Assembly (NCBI GenBank): GCA_028865345.1
Contig: JAGWKL010000003.1
Span: 128,184-192,183 of the forward strand
Origin: Candidatus Omnitrophota bacterium
GTDB taxonomy: Bacteria; Omnitrophota; Gorgyraeia; Zapsychrales; Fredricksoniimonadaceae
Direction: 5' to 3'
Length of the DNA: 64,000 bases
Made by a program: the position numbers and the translations under genes. The notes under the pieces were generated by a model. That model saw nothing but the letters and a program-made list of their open reading frames with translations. It ran no database searches and was not told the DNA's origin. Shown piece after piece: positions 52,607 to 61,069 of this stretch (position 1 is its first letter; every line of letters starts with the position of its first letter).

Positions 52607-53591
52607 TATCAATTGGCTGGGGGACGCGGTATTTTCCATCCCTGTTTTTAAAGCGCTCAAAAAGGCCTACCCGCAGGCAAGGATTTCCTGCTTGTGCGTG
52701 CCCAGGGTCAAGGAGGTGCTTGAGCATTGCCCTTATGTGGACAGGATCATTGTTTATGATGAAAAGGGCAGGCACCGTTATCCCTGGCAGAAATTAAAAT
52801 TGATCTTTACGTTGAGAAAAAAAAGATTCGACGCGGGCTTTTTGCTGCACCGTTCCATGACGCGCTCGCTCATGGTTTATCTTGCGGGGATACCCTTGCG
52901 CATAGGTTACGGGAAGGTCAAAGGCCTTTTGACCCACCCGGTTGCCATGGACGCGGAAGATATCCATCGCTGCGATTATTATTTAAAGGTGCCGCAGGCT
53001 TACGGGATCAAGGTCCAAACCCGCGTATGCGAATTGCGCCTGAAGCCGGAGGATATTCAAAGTCTGGATGTCAAATTAAGCGGGGCGGGGCTTGGAAAAG
53101 AAGAGAAGTATGTGGTATTGAATACCGGCGGAAACTGGGACCTGAAACGCTGGAGTCCGGATTCTTTCGCGCAGTTGGCCGGGCGCCTGCATGAACACAT
53201 GGGCCTGCGCGTCGTTTTTTCCGGAAGCGGGCAGGATCAAGAACAGTGCCAGCGCATTGCCGAAGCCTCCGGCATCCCTGCGGTGATCATGGCCGGAGCC
53301 ACGACGCTGGGAGAATCCCTGGCGCTTTATAAGCGGGCTTTGGTCGTGATTTCCGCGGACTCCGGGCCTTTGCACCTGGCCCACGGGGTGGGCGCCGATG
53401 TCATCGGGATCTATGGCCCCACGCGCCCCGAAATAACCGGCCCCAGGGGCAGCGGCCGCTGCTGCATCCTTTTTAATGGGGTGGGGTGCAATAAATCCCC
53501 TTGCTATCATCTGGCCTGCGGTAATAATATGTGCATGAAATCTGTGACGGTGGACGATGTTCTTCAAGCTTTCAAAAAATTCTGCGCCTGA
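52584..53591 (+). CDS. waaF: LPS heptosyltransferase II-like (GT9)
   Basis: NWLGDAV, KRW, DSGPLHLA, YGPT. Confidence 0.8.
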   Translation: MNNILVVNINWLGDAVFSIPVFKALKKAYPQARISCLCVPRVKEVLEHCPYVDRIIVYDEKGRHRYPWQKLKLIFTLRKKRFDAGFLLHRSMTRSLMVYLAGIPLRIGYGKVKGLLTHPVAMDAEDIHRCDYYLKVPQAYGIKVQTRVCELRLKPEDIQSLDVKLSGAGLGKEEKYVVLNTGGNWDLKRWSPDSFAQLAGRLHEHMGLRVVFSGSGQDQEQCQRIAEASGIPAVIMAGATTLGESLALYKRALVVISADSGPLHLAHGVGADVIGIYGPTRPEITGPRGSGRCCILFNGVGCNKSPCYHLACGNNMCMKSVTVDDVLQAFKKFCA

Positions 53592-54537
53592 ACGTATTTT
53601 GGTCTTCAGCCTCACGAATATCGGGGATGTGGTCCTCACATGCCCGGTCATTGATATTTTGCGTGAGAGTTTCCCTCTGGCCCGGATGGATGTGATGACC
53701 GGCCCCAAGGCGTCCTCACTTTTTGAGGATAATCCTTATTTCGGCATCAAGGTATTTGATAAGCACGCCACCATGCGCAAAAAGCAGGCGTGGTTTTCAG
53801 AGCTTCGCGCCCAGCGCTATGACTGTGTGGTTGACCTGCGCCGCACCATGCTGCCTGTTTTTTTAATGCCCAAATATGCCACGCCGGTCGCCTCATTCCA
53901 TTCTTTCAAAGGCCATAAAAGGCAGGCGCACTTAAATCATCTGCGCAGGGTTTATCATTTCGATCGTCAGGCGAGCCAGAGGTACGCTGTATTTACGACC
54001 GGAGAAGATGAGCGGTTTTTTGCCCGGAACGTGGAGCCTTTTTTAGAGGGCCGGAAATTCGCGGTGATCGCGGCAGGCACGGCTTCCGGGGAAAAACGCT
54101 GGCATGCCCAGGGTTTTATGGCTGTCGCCGATTATTTATCAGAGTCAACCAGGGTCGTTTTTGTGGGGGATACAAAAGACAGGCAGTTCATCGAATATAT
54201 CCGGGCAGGCATGAAAAACCCATCGCTGTCTTTGGCAGGCAGGATCAATTTACGGCAGGCGGCTTATGTTTTAAAGCGGTGCTCGTGGGCCTTGACCCAT
54301 GACAGCGGCATCATGCATCTGGCGTCTTATTTGGATGTGCCGCTGGTCGCCCTCTGGGGGCCCAGCCCTTTGGAAAAGTACGCGCCGTGGTCGGCAAAAT
54401 ATGTGGTTGTCAGGCGCAATGAACAATGCGCCCGCTGTCAGGACCCCAAGGCGAAGCCCGAACATAGCTGCATGTCCTTTATCGGGCCGGATGATGTCAT
54501 CAACGCCATTAAAGAGTTGCGTGATGAAAATCACTAA
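53557..54537 (+). CDS. GT9 glycosyltransferase
   Basis: NIGDVVL, KRW, DSGIMHLA, WGPS. Confidence 0.85.
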   Translation: MFFKLSKNSAPERILVFSLTNIGDVVLTCPVIDILRESFPLARMDVMTGPKASSLFEDNPYFGIKVFDKHATMRKKQAWFSELRAQRYDCVVDLRRTMLPVFLMPKYATPVASFHSFKGHKRQAHLNHLRRVYHFDRQASQRYAVFTTGEDERFFARNVEPFLEGRKFAVIAAGTASGEKRWHAQGFMAVADYLSESTRVVFVGDTKDRQFIEYIRAGMKNPSLSLAGRINLRQAAYVLKRCSWALTHDSGIMHLASYLDVPLVALWGPSPLEKYAPWSAKYVVVRRNEQCARCQDPKAKPEHSCMSFIGPDDVINAIKELRDENH

Positions 54538-55549
54538 GTTGTTCCATAATGTTTTGATCGTCCGTACCGACCGTATCGGAGACGTGGTGCTGACCACTCC
54601 GGCCATCAAGTCTTTGCGGCACACTTATCCCACGGCGCGCATATCCATCCTGGTCGGCCCGTCGACCAGGGATTTGGTGGACGGCAATCCGTATCTCGAT
54701 GAAGTCCTCGTCGATGAGCGCCAGGGGCGGCATCAGGGACTGTTGGGCTTCTTAAGATTGGCGCTCCAGCTGCGATCCCGGCATTTCGACCTGGCTGTGA
54801 TTTTTCATACCAAGCGCCGGTACAATCTGGCCTGCTGCCTGGCGGGCATCCCTTGCCGGCTGGGATATAAGAACGATAAATACGGATTTTTACTCACCCA
54901 TCCTTTAAAAGACACCAGACACCTCGGCGAAAAACATGAGGCGCAATATTGCAAGGATGTTTTAAGGCCCTTAGGCATCGAGGACGACGAGATGGGGGTC
55001 TTCGTGCCGCTGCAGCCGGAGGCGGAGGCGTGGGCGCTCGGAACCATGCGGGAAAACAGCCTGGTTTCCAATGAATTTATCGTCGTCCATCCGGGCGCCT
55101 CAGACCCGGCCAAGCGCTGGCCGGCGGCTGATTTTGCGAGGGTCATGGAGAGTTTGATCCAGCGGCATCCTTTTAAGATCGTTTTGATCGGCGCACCCCA
55201 GACGGCTCCTGTGGCGGCAGAAATCCTGCGCCTTGTGCCCCAGGCGTCCCAATGCTTGAATCTGACCGGACACACGACGGTGGCCCAAATGGCCAGTTTG
55301 TTGAGGCGCTCGCGATTGCTTATCTCCAATGATTCCGGTCCGGTGCATGTGGCGGCCGGGGTGGGAACAAGTGTTATTTCCATCTTTATGCGGGACGATC
55401 CGGGGATCAATGTGAAACGCTGGAAACCCCTGGGGGCCAGAAGCCATGTCTTGAACAATAAATTCCATCCCGGGGCCGTCAAGGCGGAAGATGTCCTGAA
55501 ATTGGTCGAGCAGATATTCCGCAAAAACAGCCAGTATGAAATATTTTAG
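54524..55549 (+). CDS. GT9 glycosyltransferase
   Basis: DRIGDVVL, HPGAS...KRWP, NDSGPVHVA; start moved to ATG 54524. Confidence 0.87.
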   Translation: MKITKLFHNVLIVRTDRIGDVVLTTPAIKSLRHTYPTARISILVGPSTRDLVDGNPYLDEVLVDERQGRHQGLLGFLRLALQLRSRHFDLAVIFHTKRRYNLACCLAGIPCRLGYKNDKYGFLLTHPLKDTRHLGEKHEAQYCKDVLRPLGIEDDEMGVFVPLQPEAEAWALGTMRENSLVSNEFIVVHPGASDPAKRWPAADFARVMESLIQRHPFKIVLIGAPQTAPVAAEILRLVPQASQCLNLTGHTTVAQMASLLRRSRLLISNDSGPVHVAAGVGTSVISIFMRDDPGINVKRWKPLGARSHVLNNKFHPGAVKAEDVLKLVEQIFRKNSQYEIF

Positions 55550-55610
55550 CTATGATCGGTGATTCGTAGTAAAATATCTATAGTCTCCAAGAAAGGACCG
55601 GTGTTTTTTT

Positions 55611-55841
55611 ATGAAATACAAATGGCTGCCCGTATTTGATGCTGACAATTGTTCACAGTGCAGGGCTTGTGCCCCGGCCTGCCTTTGCGGTGCTATAAAG
55701 TTGAGTGAAGGCAGTATCCGTTTTGACCCGGAACTTTGTTGCAGCAGCGGCCGGTGCATTGACTCATGCCCGATAGGGGGGATCCATATGGAATGGGTGC
55801 CTTTCTTCGGTGATGCCGGCCACGGTCTTGTCAGGGCGTGA
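55611..55841 (+). CDS. Small 4Fe-4S dicluster ferredoxin
   Basis: CSQCRACAPAC and CCSSGRCIDSCP. Confidence 0.78.
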   Translation: MKYKWLPVFDADNCSQCRACAPACLCGAIKLSEGSIRFDPELCCSSGRCIDSCPIGGIHMEWVPFFGDAGHGLVRA

Positions 55842-55978
55842 TTTAATCCCATATTTGTGTCTACAACATGCGGCCTCCGTCAGATTGTGTACTCTGCCGG
55901 AGGTTTTTGTTCAGGTTTTCATAGGGTTTAAGGCCGCAGGATCATTTTTGGGATGGTCCGGAAAAAATGGAGGTGTGT

Positions 55979-56182
55979 ATGTTTGAGAATTTGAATATAA
56001 GATTGAGGAGATTGGACGTTGGGGATATTGGTTTGGTCAAATGGGCCTGCGTTGTGTTCGGGATCGTCCTGGCCAAATTTTTCCCGCAGTTATTGCAAAT
56101 CAATTATATTGTTTTGGTGGCGCTCATGCTGGTCTTCAGTGTCAGGCCGACATATAAGTTTTGGATCAAGAAGGCGGCTTAA
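55979..56182 (+). CDS. Small two-TM hypothetical protein
   Basis: GGAGGTG SD, two hydrophobic helices. Confidence 0.65.
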   Translation: MFENLNIRLRRLDVGDIGLVKWACVVFGIVLAKFFPQLLQINYIVLVALMLVFSVRPTYKFWIKKAA

Positions 56183-56200
56183 GTCCGCCGGGGGCGGAAC

Positions 56201-56707
56201 ATGCTTCAAACCAATAAGAAATACAACTTTGCTTTCGGCAGACGCAAGGTCGTCATCAATAAACTTTCCCACGAAGGGGAGTTTCATCCCTATGCCAAAG
56301 CGTTGGTCTTTGCCCTGTACCACAAACAGTACCGTTCGCTTCGCCTCGAGCCCCAGCTGCCGGACGAGCGTTTTCAGCCTGATTTATGCGCCATGGATTA
56401 CGACGGCACCATGCTGTTCTGGTCCGAGGTGGGCAATGTTTCTCTGTCAAAGATCGAAAAACTTTTTAAGAAATACCGCAGGGCCCATTTTGTGTTTGTC
56501 AAAGAACAACAGGATGTGCCGGGCTTTGAAAAACATCTTTCCAAACTTGTCAAATCATGTTCAAGCCTTCCGTTGATCGACATTGTGGTCTATCCGCCGC
56601 ATTTTCAGGAATGGAATGTCAGCCCGCAAGGGGATGTTTTTATCCGCAAAGAAGACCTGGAAATTGTCCGCTGGCACACGCCCCAAGGGCATAAAGAGCA
56701 TTTTTAG
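56201..56707 (+). CDS. YaeQ-like (PD-(D/E)xK fold) protein
   Basis: QPDL...D.DG...FW.EVG pattern as in YaeQ. Confidence 0.65.
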   Translation: MLQTNKKYNFAFGRRKVVINKLSHEGEFHPYAKALVFALYHKQYRSLRLEPQLPDERFQPDLCAMDYDGTMLFWSEVGNVSLSKIEKLFKKYRRAHFVFVKEQQDVPGFEKHLSKLVKSCSSLPLIDIVVYPPHFQEWNVSPQGDVFIRKEDLEIVRWHTPQGHKEHF

Positions 56708-56727
56708 AGGCGGCAAGGGAGGGGTTT

Positions 56728-57387
56728 ATTAGAACGCTTACCGTTGCAGAGATCCAGGAATTAGACCGGTGGGCTATTGGGGCTGTGGGGATTCCGTCGC
56801 TGGTCTTGATGGAAAATGCCGGCCGCGGTGTCGCGCTGCACGTTTGCAAATATTTAAAACGTCGGAGAATGTCCAGGGTCGTCATTGTGTGCGGGGCGGG
56901 GAATAACGGCGGCGATGGTTTTGTGGCTGCCCGTTACCTGTTTAACTTTGGTTTCAGGCCCAGCGTATTTTTTATCGGGGCCCTCTCCAAACTGAAAGCG
57001 GATGCTTTGGTCAATTACCGCGCGGCAAAAAACTTGAAGATCCCTGTCAAGCCTGTCCGCCGGGAGGATGCTGCTTTCAAGAAGGCCCTTCGATCGGCAG
57101 ACGTCATCGTGGATGCGATTTTCGGCGTTGGCTTGAACCGTTCTCTTGAGGCCCCGTATGACGGGATCATTGGGGCCATTAACGCCTCCAATGCGTACGT
57201 GGTCGCGGTTGATGTCCCTTCAGGACTGGATGGCACCGGCGGGGGGATTTACGGCATTTGTGTTGTGGCCGACCTGACCGTGACTTTTAGTTTTCCCAAG
57301 AAAGGTTTTTTCAAAAAGCACGCAGCACGTTACACAGGGAGGGTTGCGGTCGTTGATATCGGCATTCCCGTAAGGACCCGTTTGTGA
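56728..57387 (+). CDS. nnrE: NAD(P)H-hydrate epimerase (YjeF-N); probable ATT start
   Basis: LMENAG, CGAGNNGGDG, VDAIFGVG, DVPSG, DIGIP; family-typical N-terminus extends to ATT 56728. Confidence 0.9.
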   Translation: MRTLTVAEIQELDRWAIGAVGIPSLVLMENAGRGVALHVCKYLKRRRMSRVVIVCGAGNNGGDGFVAARYLFNFGFRPSVFFIGALSKLKADALVNYRAAKNLKIPVKPVRREDAAFKKALRSADVIVDAIFGVGLNRSLEAPYDGIIGAINASNAYVVAVDVPSGLDGTGGGIYGICVVADLTVTFSFPKKGFFKKHAARYTGRVAVVDIGIPVRTRL

Positions 57388-57487
57388 ATTCATTGATTGA
57401 AAGGCCGGATTAAGGTATCATTATTTCCAAGCGTTATTCCCAATCCATCAGCCGTATTTCAATAACGAGGGCATAGAACGCGCGACT

Positions 57488-58612
57488 ATGATGCAACAGG
57501 TCAGCCGGCAAAATAAGATCCGCATCGTGAACTTGAATCCCGGATGTGAGCCTTCAGGGATCCTGTTGAATAAAATTGTCATGTTTTTGCGCGTCAATGG
57601 TTATGAGTACACTTTTGACACGGAAGCGTCGTGCGATGTCGTTTTGATCAACAGTTGCTGCGTGTCCAACGCCATGATGTCAAAGATGAAAATAATGATC
57701 TCTGAGACCCTTGAGGAGGGGCAGGTTAAGAAAGTCATTATTTTCGGTTGCTTTGTTCCTTTCGCCGAAGACAGGGGGAATGATGCGCGGGTTATAATGA
57801 TCGGGCCGAAAGAGGCGGAGGAATTCGATCAATTGTTTGCGCACAGGATACCCATCGGACATGTCCCTGCCGGCCGCTTGAATTCCCGCTTGTTCAGGCC
57901 GCATCAACTCATGGATGCCGATGAGGACTATTTTGTACTGATTTGCCAGGGATGCACGCAAAACTGCAGTTACTGTAATATCAAGCGGGCCAAGGGCCGC
58001 ATCACCAGCCGCAGCGCGGAGCAGATCATCAAGGATATTCAGCAGGGGCTTAAGGAGGGCAAGAAGAACTTCGTTCTTGTAGGGGACGATTGCGGAAGTT
58101 ACGGTGTGGATCTAAAGACCGATTTGGCGTGCCTGGTCAGGGAGATCATTGACGCATGTCCGGACATTCGATTAAAAATCAATTATGTCTACCCCGGCCG
58201 TTTGATACATCTTTTTCCCTCCCTTGCGGGCAGTATTGTTTCGGGTAAAATCATTTATATGTGCGTTCCCCTGCAGTCAGGTTCAAAAAGAATTTTGAAA
58301 TTGATGAACCGGGACTATGACCTGGGCCGTTTAAGGGACATCGTGACGGAGATTAAAAAGATCGCCCCTTCTCTTTGGATCTATACCCATATGATCGTCA
58401 ATTTCCCGACAGAGACAATGGAAGATCTCGAGGACACATTACAGGCGGCCGAATGGTTTGATGATTTCGTTCTTTTTAATTATTCGGATAATCCCATGAC
58501 CGCGGCAAGCAGGTTTTACCCGAAAGTGGAAGGCCAAGAACAGGCCCAACGTTTAAGAGTTTGTATGAATAGGATCAAAAACATCCATTGCGGCAGGCTG
58601 GACCAGATTTGA
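57488..58612 (+). CDS. Radical SAM protein, methylthiotransferase (MiaB/MtaB/RimO)-like, no TRAM domain
   Basis: N-terminal GC..NSC..GC, CTQNCSYC, SRS.E.I, PLQSGS..IL..MNR.Y, FP.ET.ED. Confidence 0.8.
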   Translation: MMQQVSRQNKIRIVNLNPGCEPSGILLNKIVMFLRVNGYEYTFDTEASCDVVLINSCCVSNAMMSKMKIMISETLEEGQVKKVIIFGCFVPFAEDRGNDARVIMIGPKEAEEFDQLFAHRIPIGHVPAGRLNSRLFRPHQLMDADEDYFVLICQGCTQNCSYCNIKRAKGRITSRSAEQIIKDIQQGLKEGKKNFVLVGDDCGSYGVDLKTDLACLVREIIDACPDIRLKINYVYPGRLIHLFPSLAGSIVSGKIIYMCVPLQSGSKRILKLMNRDYDLGRLRDIVTEIKKIAPSLWIYTHMIVNFPTETMEDLEDTLQAAEWFDDFVLFNYSDNPMTAASRFYPKVEGQEQAQRLRVCMNRIKNIHCGRLDQI

Positions 58613-58725
58613 ATTAAATCATCCTAATAAATAATTTATCTACCCGAAAAAATCCATATACAGCCTGTAAATTTATTGTATAATTCGAATTCAGTTCATG
58701 GCTTGGTGGAATATGAATAAGGCTA

Positions 58726-58734
58726 TGCTATACT
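58726..58734 (+). promoter_or_regulatory. Extended -10 upstream of tRNA-Thr 5' half
   Basis: TGCTATACT ending 13 nt before the tRNA 5' end. Confidence 0.5.
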
Positions 58735-58747
58735 TTGCTATCGCTTC

Positions 58748-58786
58748 GCTGGATTAGCTTAAGTTGGTAGAGCAGCTGATTTGTAA
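58748..58786 (+). pseudogene. 5' half of tRNA-Thr(TGT), interrupted at the end of the anticodon loop
   Basis: GCTGGAT-TA-GCTT-AAGTTGGTA-GAGC-A-GCTGA-TTTGTAA; expected TCAGC and T-arm do not follow. Confidence 0.85.
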
Positions 58787-58907
58787 AGCCTCCGAAAAAA
58801 TTTCCGCAACATGCTCCAATTCTTGTATTTAGGTCTACTGCCAATAAGTTACGAGAAAATTTGTTAGACACATTTTGCTACAAAATGGCCTGTTTTGGCA
58901 TCCTTTT

Positions 58908-59023
58908 TAGCACGCCGTTAGCACATTTTTGAACCTTAAGAAACTGAGTATCACTCAGCTTATTCAACTAAAGGGACAATAAATGGGTATTTTAATAGCC
59001 CTGCATAGCACGCTATTAGCACA
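58908..59023. repeat. Two 18-bp direct repeats, each a tandem TAGCAC pair (arm-type-site-like)
   Basis: TAGCACGCCGTTAGCACA (58908-58925) and TAGCACGCTATTAGCACA (59006-59023). Confidence 0.75.
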
Positions 59024-59031
59024 CAAGCTTC

Positions 59032-59060
59032 TTGACAAATATCTCAATATGAGATATACT
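59032..59060 (+). promoter_or_regulatory. higBA promoter with palindromic operator
   Basis: TTGACA-17 nt-TATACT with ATATCTCA-ata-TGAGATAT overlapping the spacer and -10. Confidence 0.8.
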
Positions 59061-59082
59061 TCTACCAGATGAGGAGGTAAAG

Positions 59083-59373
59083 ATGCATGTTATATCAAGG
59101 AGGGCGTTACAGGTCTTTTGGGAAAAGTATCCAGACAGCGAAGAGCCCCTTAAGGTCTGGTTTAAGATTATCAGGTTATCAGAATACGAAGGATTTAATG
59201 ATTTGAAGAAAACATTTGGTTCGGTAGACAAAGTCGGAGACAAATATGTGTTTAATATCGGGCGCAATAAGTATCGGTTGATTACAGCCATCCATTTTAA
59301 TGTCGGAAGGGTTTACATACGGGCTGTTTTGACACATAAAGAGTACGATAAAGAGGAGTGGAAAAATGGTTAA
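59083..59373 (+). CDS. higB: Type II toxin HigB
   Basis: MHVISRR.L..FW.KYP, VFNIG.NKYRLI, LTH.EYD. Confidence 0.92.
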   Translation: MHVISRRALQVFWEKYPDSEEPLKVWFKIIRLSEYEGFNDLKKTFGSVDKVGDKYVFNIGRNKYRLITAIHFNVGRVYIRAVLTHKEYDKEEWKNG

Positions 59374-59770
59374 AACAATCAATGAACCGGTTTTGAAAAA
59401 GACTTGGCCTGCCGTTGAGCAACATCTCTCTATTCATACAAAACAGGATTATAACAATGCCATTGCTGTGCTTAATCGTTTGTTAGATGAAGTTGGTGAT
59501 AATGACAGGCATCCTCTGTATGGCTTTTTAGAGATTTTGGGCATTGTTATAGAAAACTATGAAACAGAACATCATCATTGGGAAGATGCGTCAGGGGTTG
59601 AGGTGCTTAAAGTTTTAATGGAAGAGCACAATCTAAACCAAGCCGATCTTCCTGAAATAGGTTCCCAAGGAGTTGTTTCAGAAATATTGAACGGTAAAAG
59701 ACAATTAAATGTGAACCAGATCAAGAAATTAGCCGAAAGATTTAATGTAGGCCCAGCTGTTTTTTTATGA
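59366..59770 (+). CDS. higA: Antitoxin HigA (HTH)
   Basis: LMEEHNL.Q.DLPEIGSQGVVSEILNGKRQL; overlaps higB. Confidence 0.92.
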   Translation: MVKTINEPVLKKTWPAVEQHLSIHTKQDYNNAIAVLNRLLDEVGDNDRHPLYGFLEILGIVIENYETEHHHWEDASGVEVLKVLMEEHNLNQADLPEIGSQGVVSEILNGKRQLNVNQIKKLAERFNVGPAVFL

Positions 59771-59926
59771 AAGAATTAAACGGCGGGCTTTGCGCTGGCC
59801 ACAAACATTTCGCATAAATTCGTAACCAACAATTGATTATTTGTTAAAACCAACAAATTCATAATTTAACATTTGTTACCTAACAATATAGACTATTTTA
59901 GTAGTTGTTTGGTAATAGGAGGGGTT

Positions 59927-60247
59927 ATGCGTGGTGTTATTAAAGGGGTGTTGGCAGAAGAATTGCAAAATTCTTTGCGGATGCAAAAGGATTATGAATC
60001 CGCTTTGTCAAAATTACCACAAGGATGCCTTGTTCAAAAGAGAATCAGGGGACATCTGTATTGGTATATAGTGAAAAGAGAGGGGAATAAGGTAAAGCAT
60101 TTATACAAAGGCAAACTATCATCAGAAGAAATTAATAAATATCAGGAGGCCAAATCTCTCAGGGCTCAATATCGTCACGCGTTATCTAAGCTTAAGAAGC
60201 AGATTAAGTTCTTAAAAGGGGTGTTACGTGGAAAAGAGCCAATATAA
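59927..60247 (+). CDS. Basic hypothetical protein (LP.G.L..K.I.G..Y.Y family)
   Basis: GGAGG SD; LPQGCLVQKRIRGHLYWYIVKREGNKV. Confidence 0.7.
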   Translation: MRGVIKGVLAEELQNSLRMQKDYESALSKLPQGCLVQKRIRGHLYWYIVKREGNKVKHLYKGKLSSEEINKYQEAKSLRAQYRHALSKLKKQIKFLKGVLRGKEPI

Positions 60248-60377
60248 TTTATGCGTTGCAATATTAATAAGGCTTAGATGCCAGATGGATGCCAAGAAAT
60301 TATCAGTCTACGGAGAAGACGTATCGTTCGCAATGAGAAACGGCCCCCCGCGGCAACCTCACGTATTTCCAGCCTGA
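60228..60377 (+). pseudogene. Probable 5' remnant of a GSU2403-like nucleotidyltransferase-fold gene
   Basis: GTG overlapping previous gene end gives MEKSQYNLCVAILIRL, then unrelated sequence; family recalled from memory. Confidence 0.4.
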
Positions 60378-60504
60378 TTGTCATTCTCCGTCGATAAATT
60401 CAATATTCTTGCTTTTAGATTGTTTAGGATTTTTTAGGTTTCCTTGATTGTGACCAGTCACAATTTAGACACCAAAAACGATGCGGTCTATCCGGGGGGG
60501 TAAT

Positions 60505-60906
60505 ATGATCCGAAACTTTTGCTCTAAACTGGCTGACTATAACTACCGAGTCCTTTGGGCAGAGGCTGTGGTTTTGTCCGTGATCATTGGTGCCGGACTG
60601 GCCTCCTGGCCGGGCGTTATTGTGCTTCTGGCGGTCCTGACATGGGTTTTGGACCGAAAGCAGGGGAAAGTACTGCTTATAGGCCTTTTTAGCCTGACCT
60701 GGGGCCTGCTGGCTGGAATGATAGGTTTTGGTTTAGGTGGATGGGCCTGGGCTCTGTTATTGGGCAGCCTGGCCTTGATAAGCGGGGTGAAGATCCATTG
60801 CCGGGATTTGAAAAGGCCCTTTGTTCAGGCTTATAACGATTTTAAGATGCTAAATGCTAAGGAATTGAGAGAGAGCTGGATTATAGGAAGACAAAATTTA
60901 AATTAG
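60505..60906 (+). CDS. Four-TM hypothetical membrane protein (paralog A)
   Basis: Hydrophobic ORF; similar to 62043-62150 and 62433-62846. Confidence 0.72.
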   Translation: MIRNFCSKLADYNYRVLWAEAVVLSVIIGAGLASWPGVIVLLAVLTWVLDRKQGKVLLIGLFSLTWGLLAGMIGFGLGGWAWALLLGSLALISGVKIHCRDLKRPFVQAYNDFKMLNAKELRESWIIGRQNLN

Positions 60907-61069
60907 AGTCAATATGTTACGAAAGTAAACCATTTAAACAATTTTGTTTCTCTCCGTTCATTTTCTACAGAAAATATCATAATTTGATATCATAAATCTA
61001 AGGATGCCACAGGAGATATCAGATGCGTCCTTATTCATAATTCAAATTGGGACGAGGAAGGATAATTAA

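Noticed and set aside
58784-59030. Group I intron after U36 of tRNA-Thr
   Set aside because: No recognisable P-Q-R-S core or 3' exon; the repeated core, IHF box and arm-like repeats fit an att site better. An Infernal search would settle it
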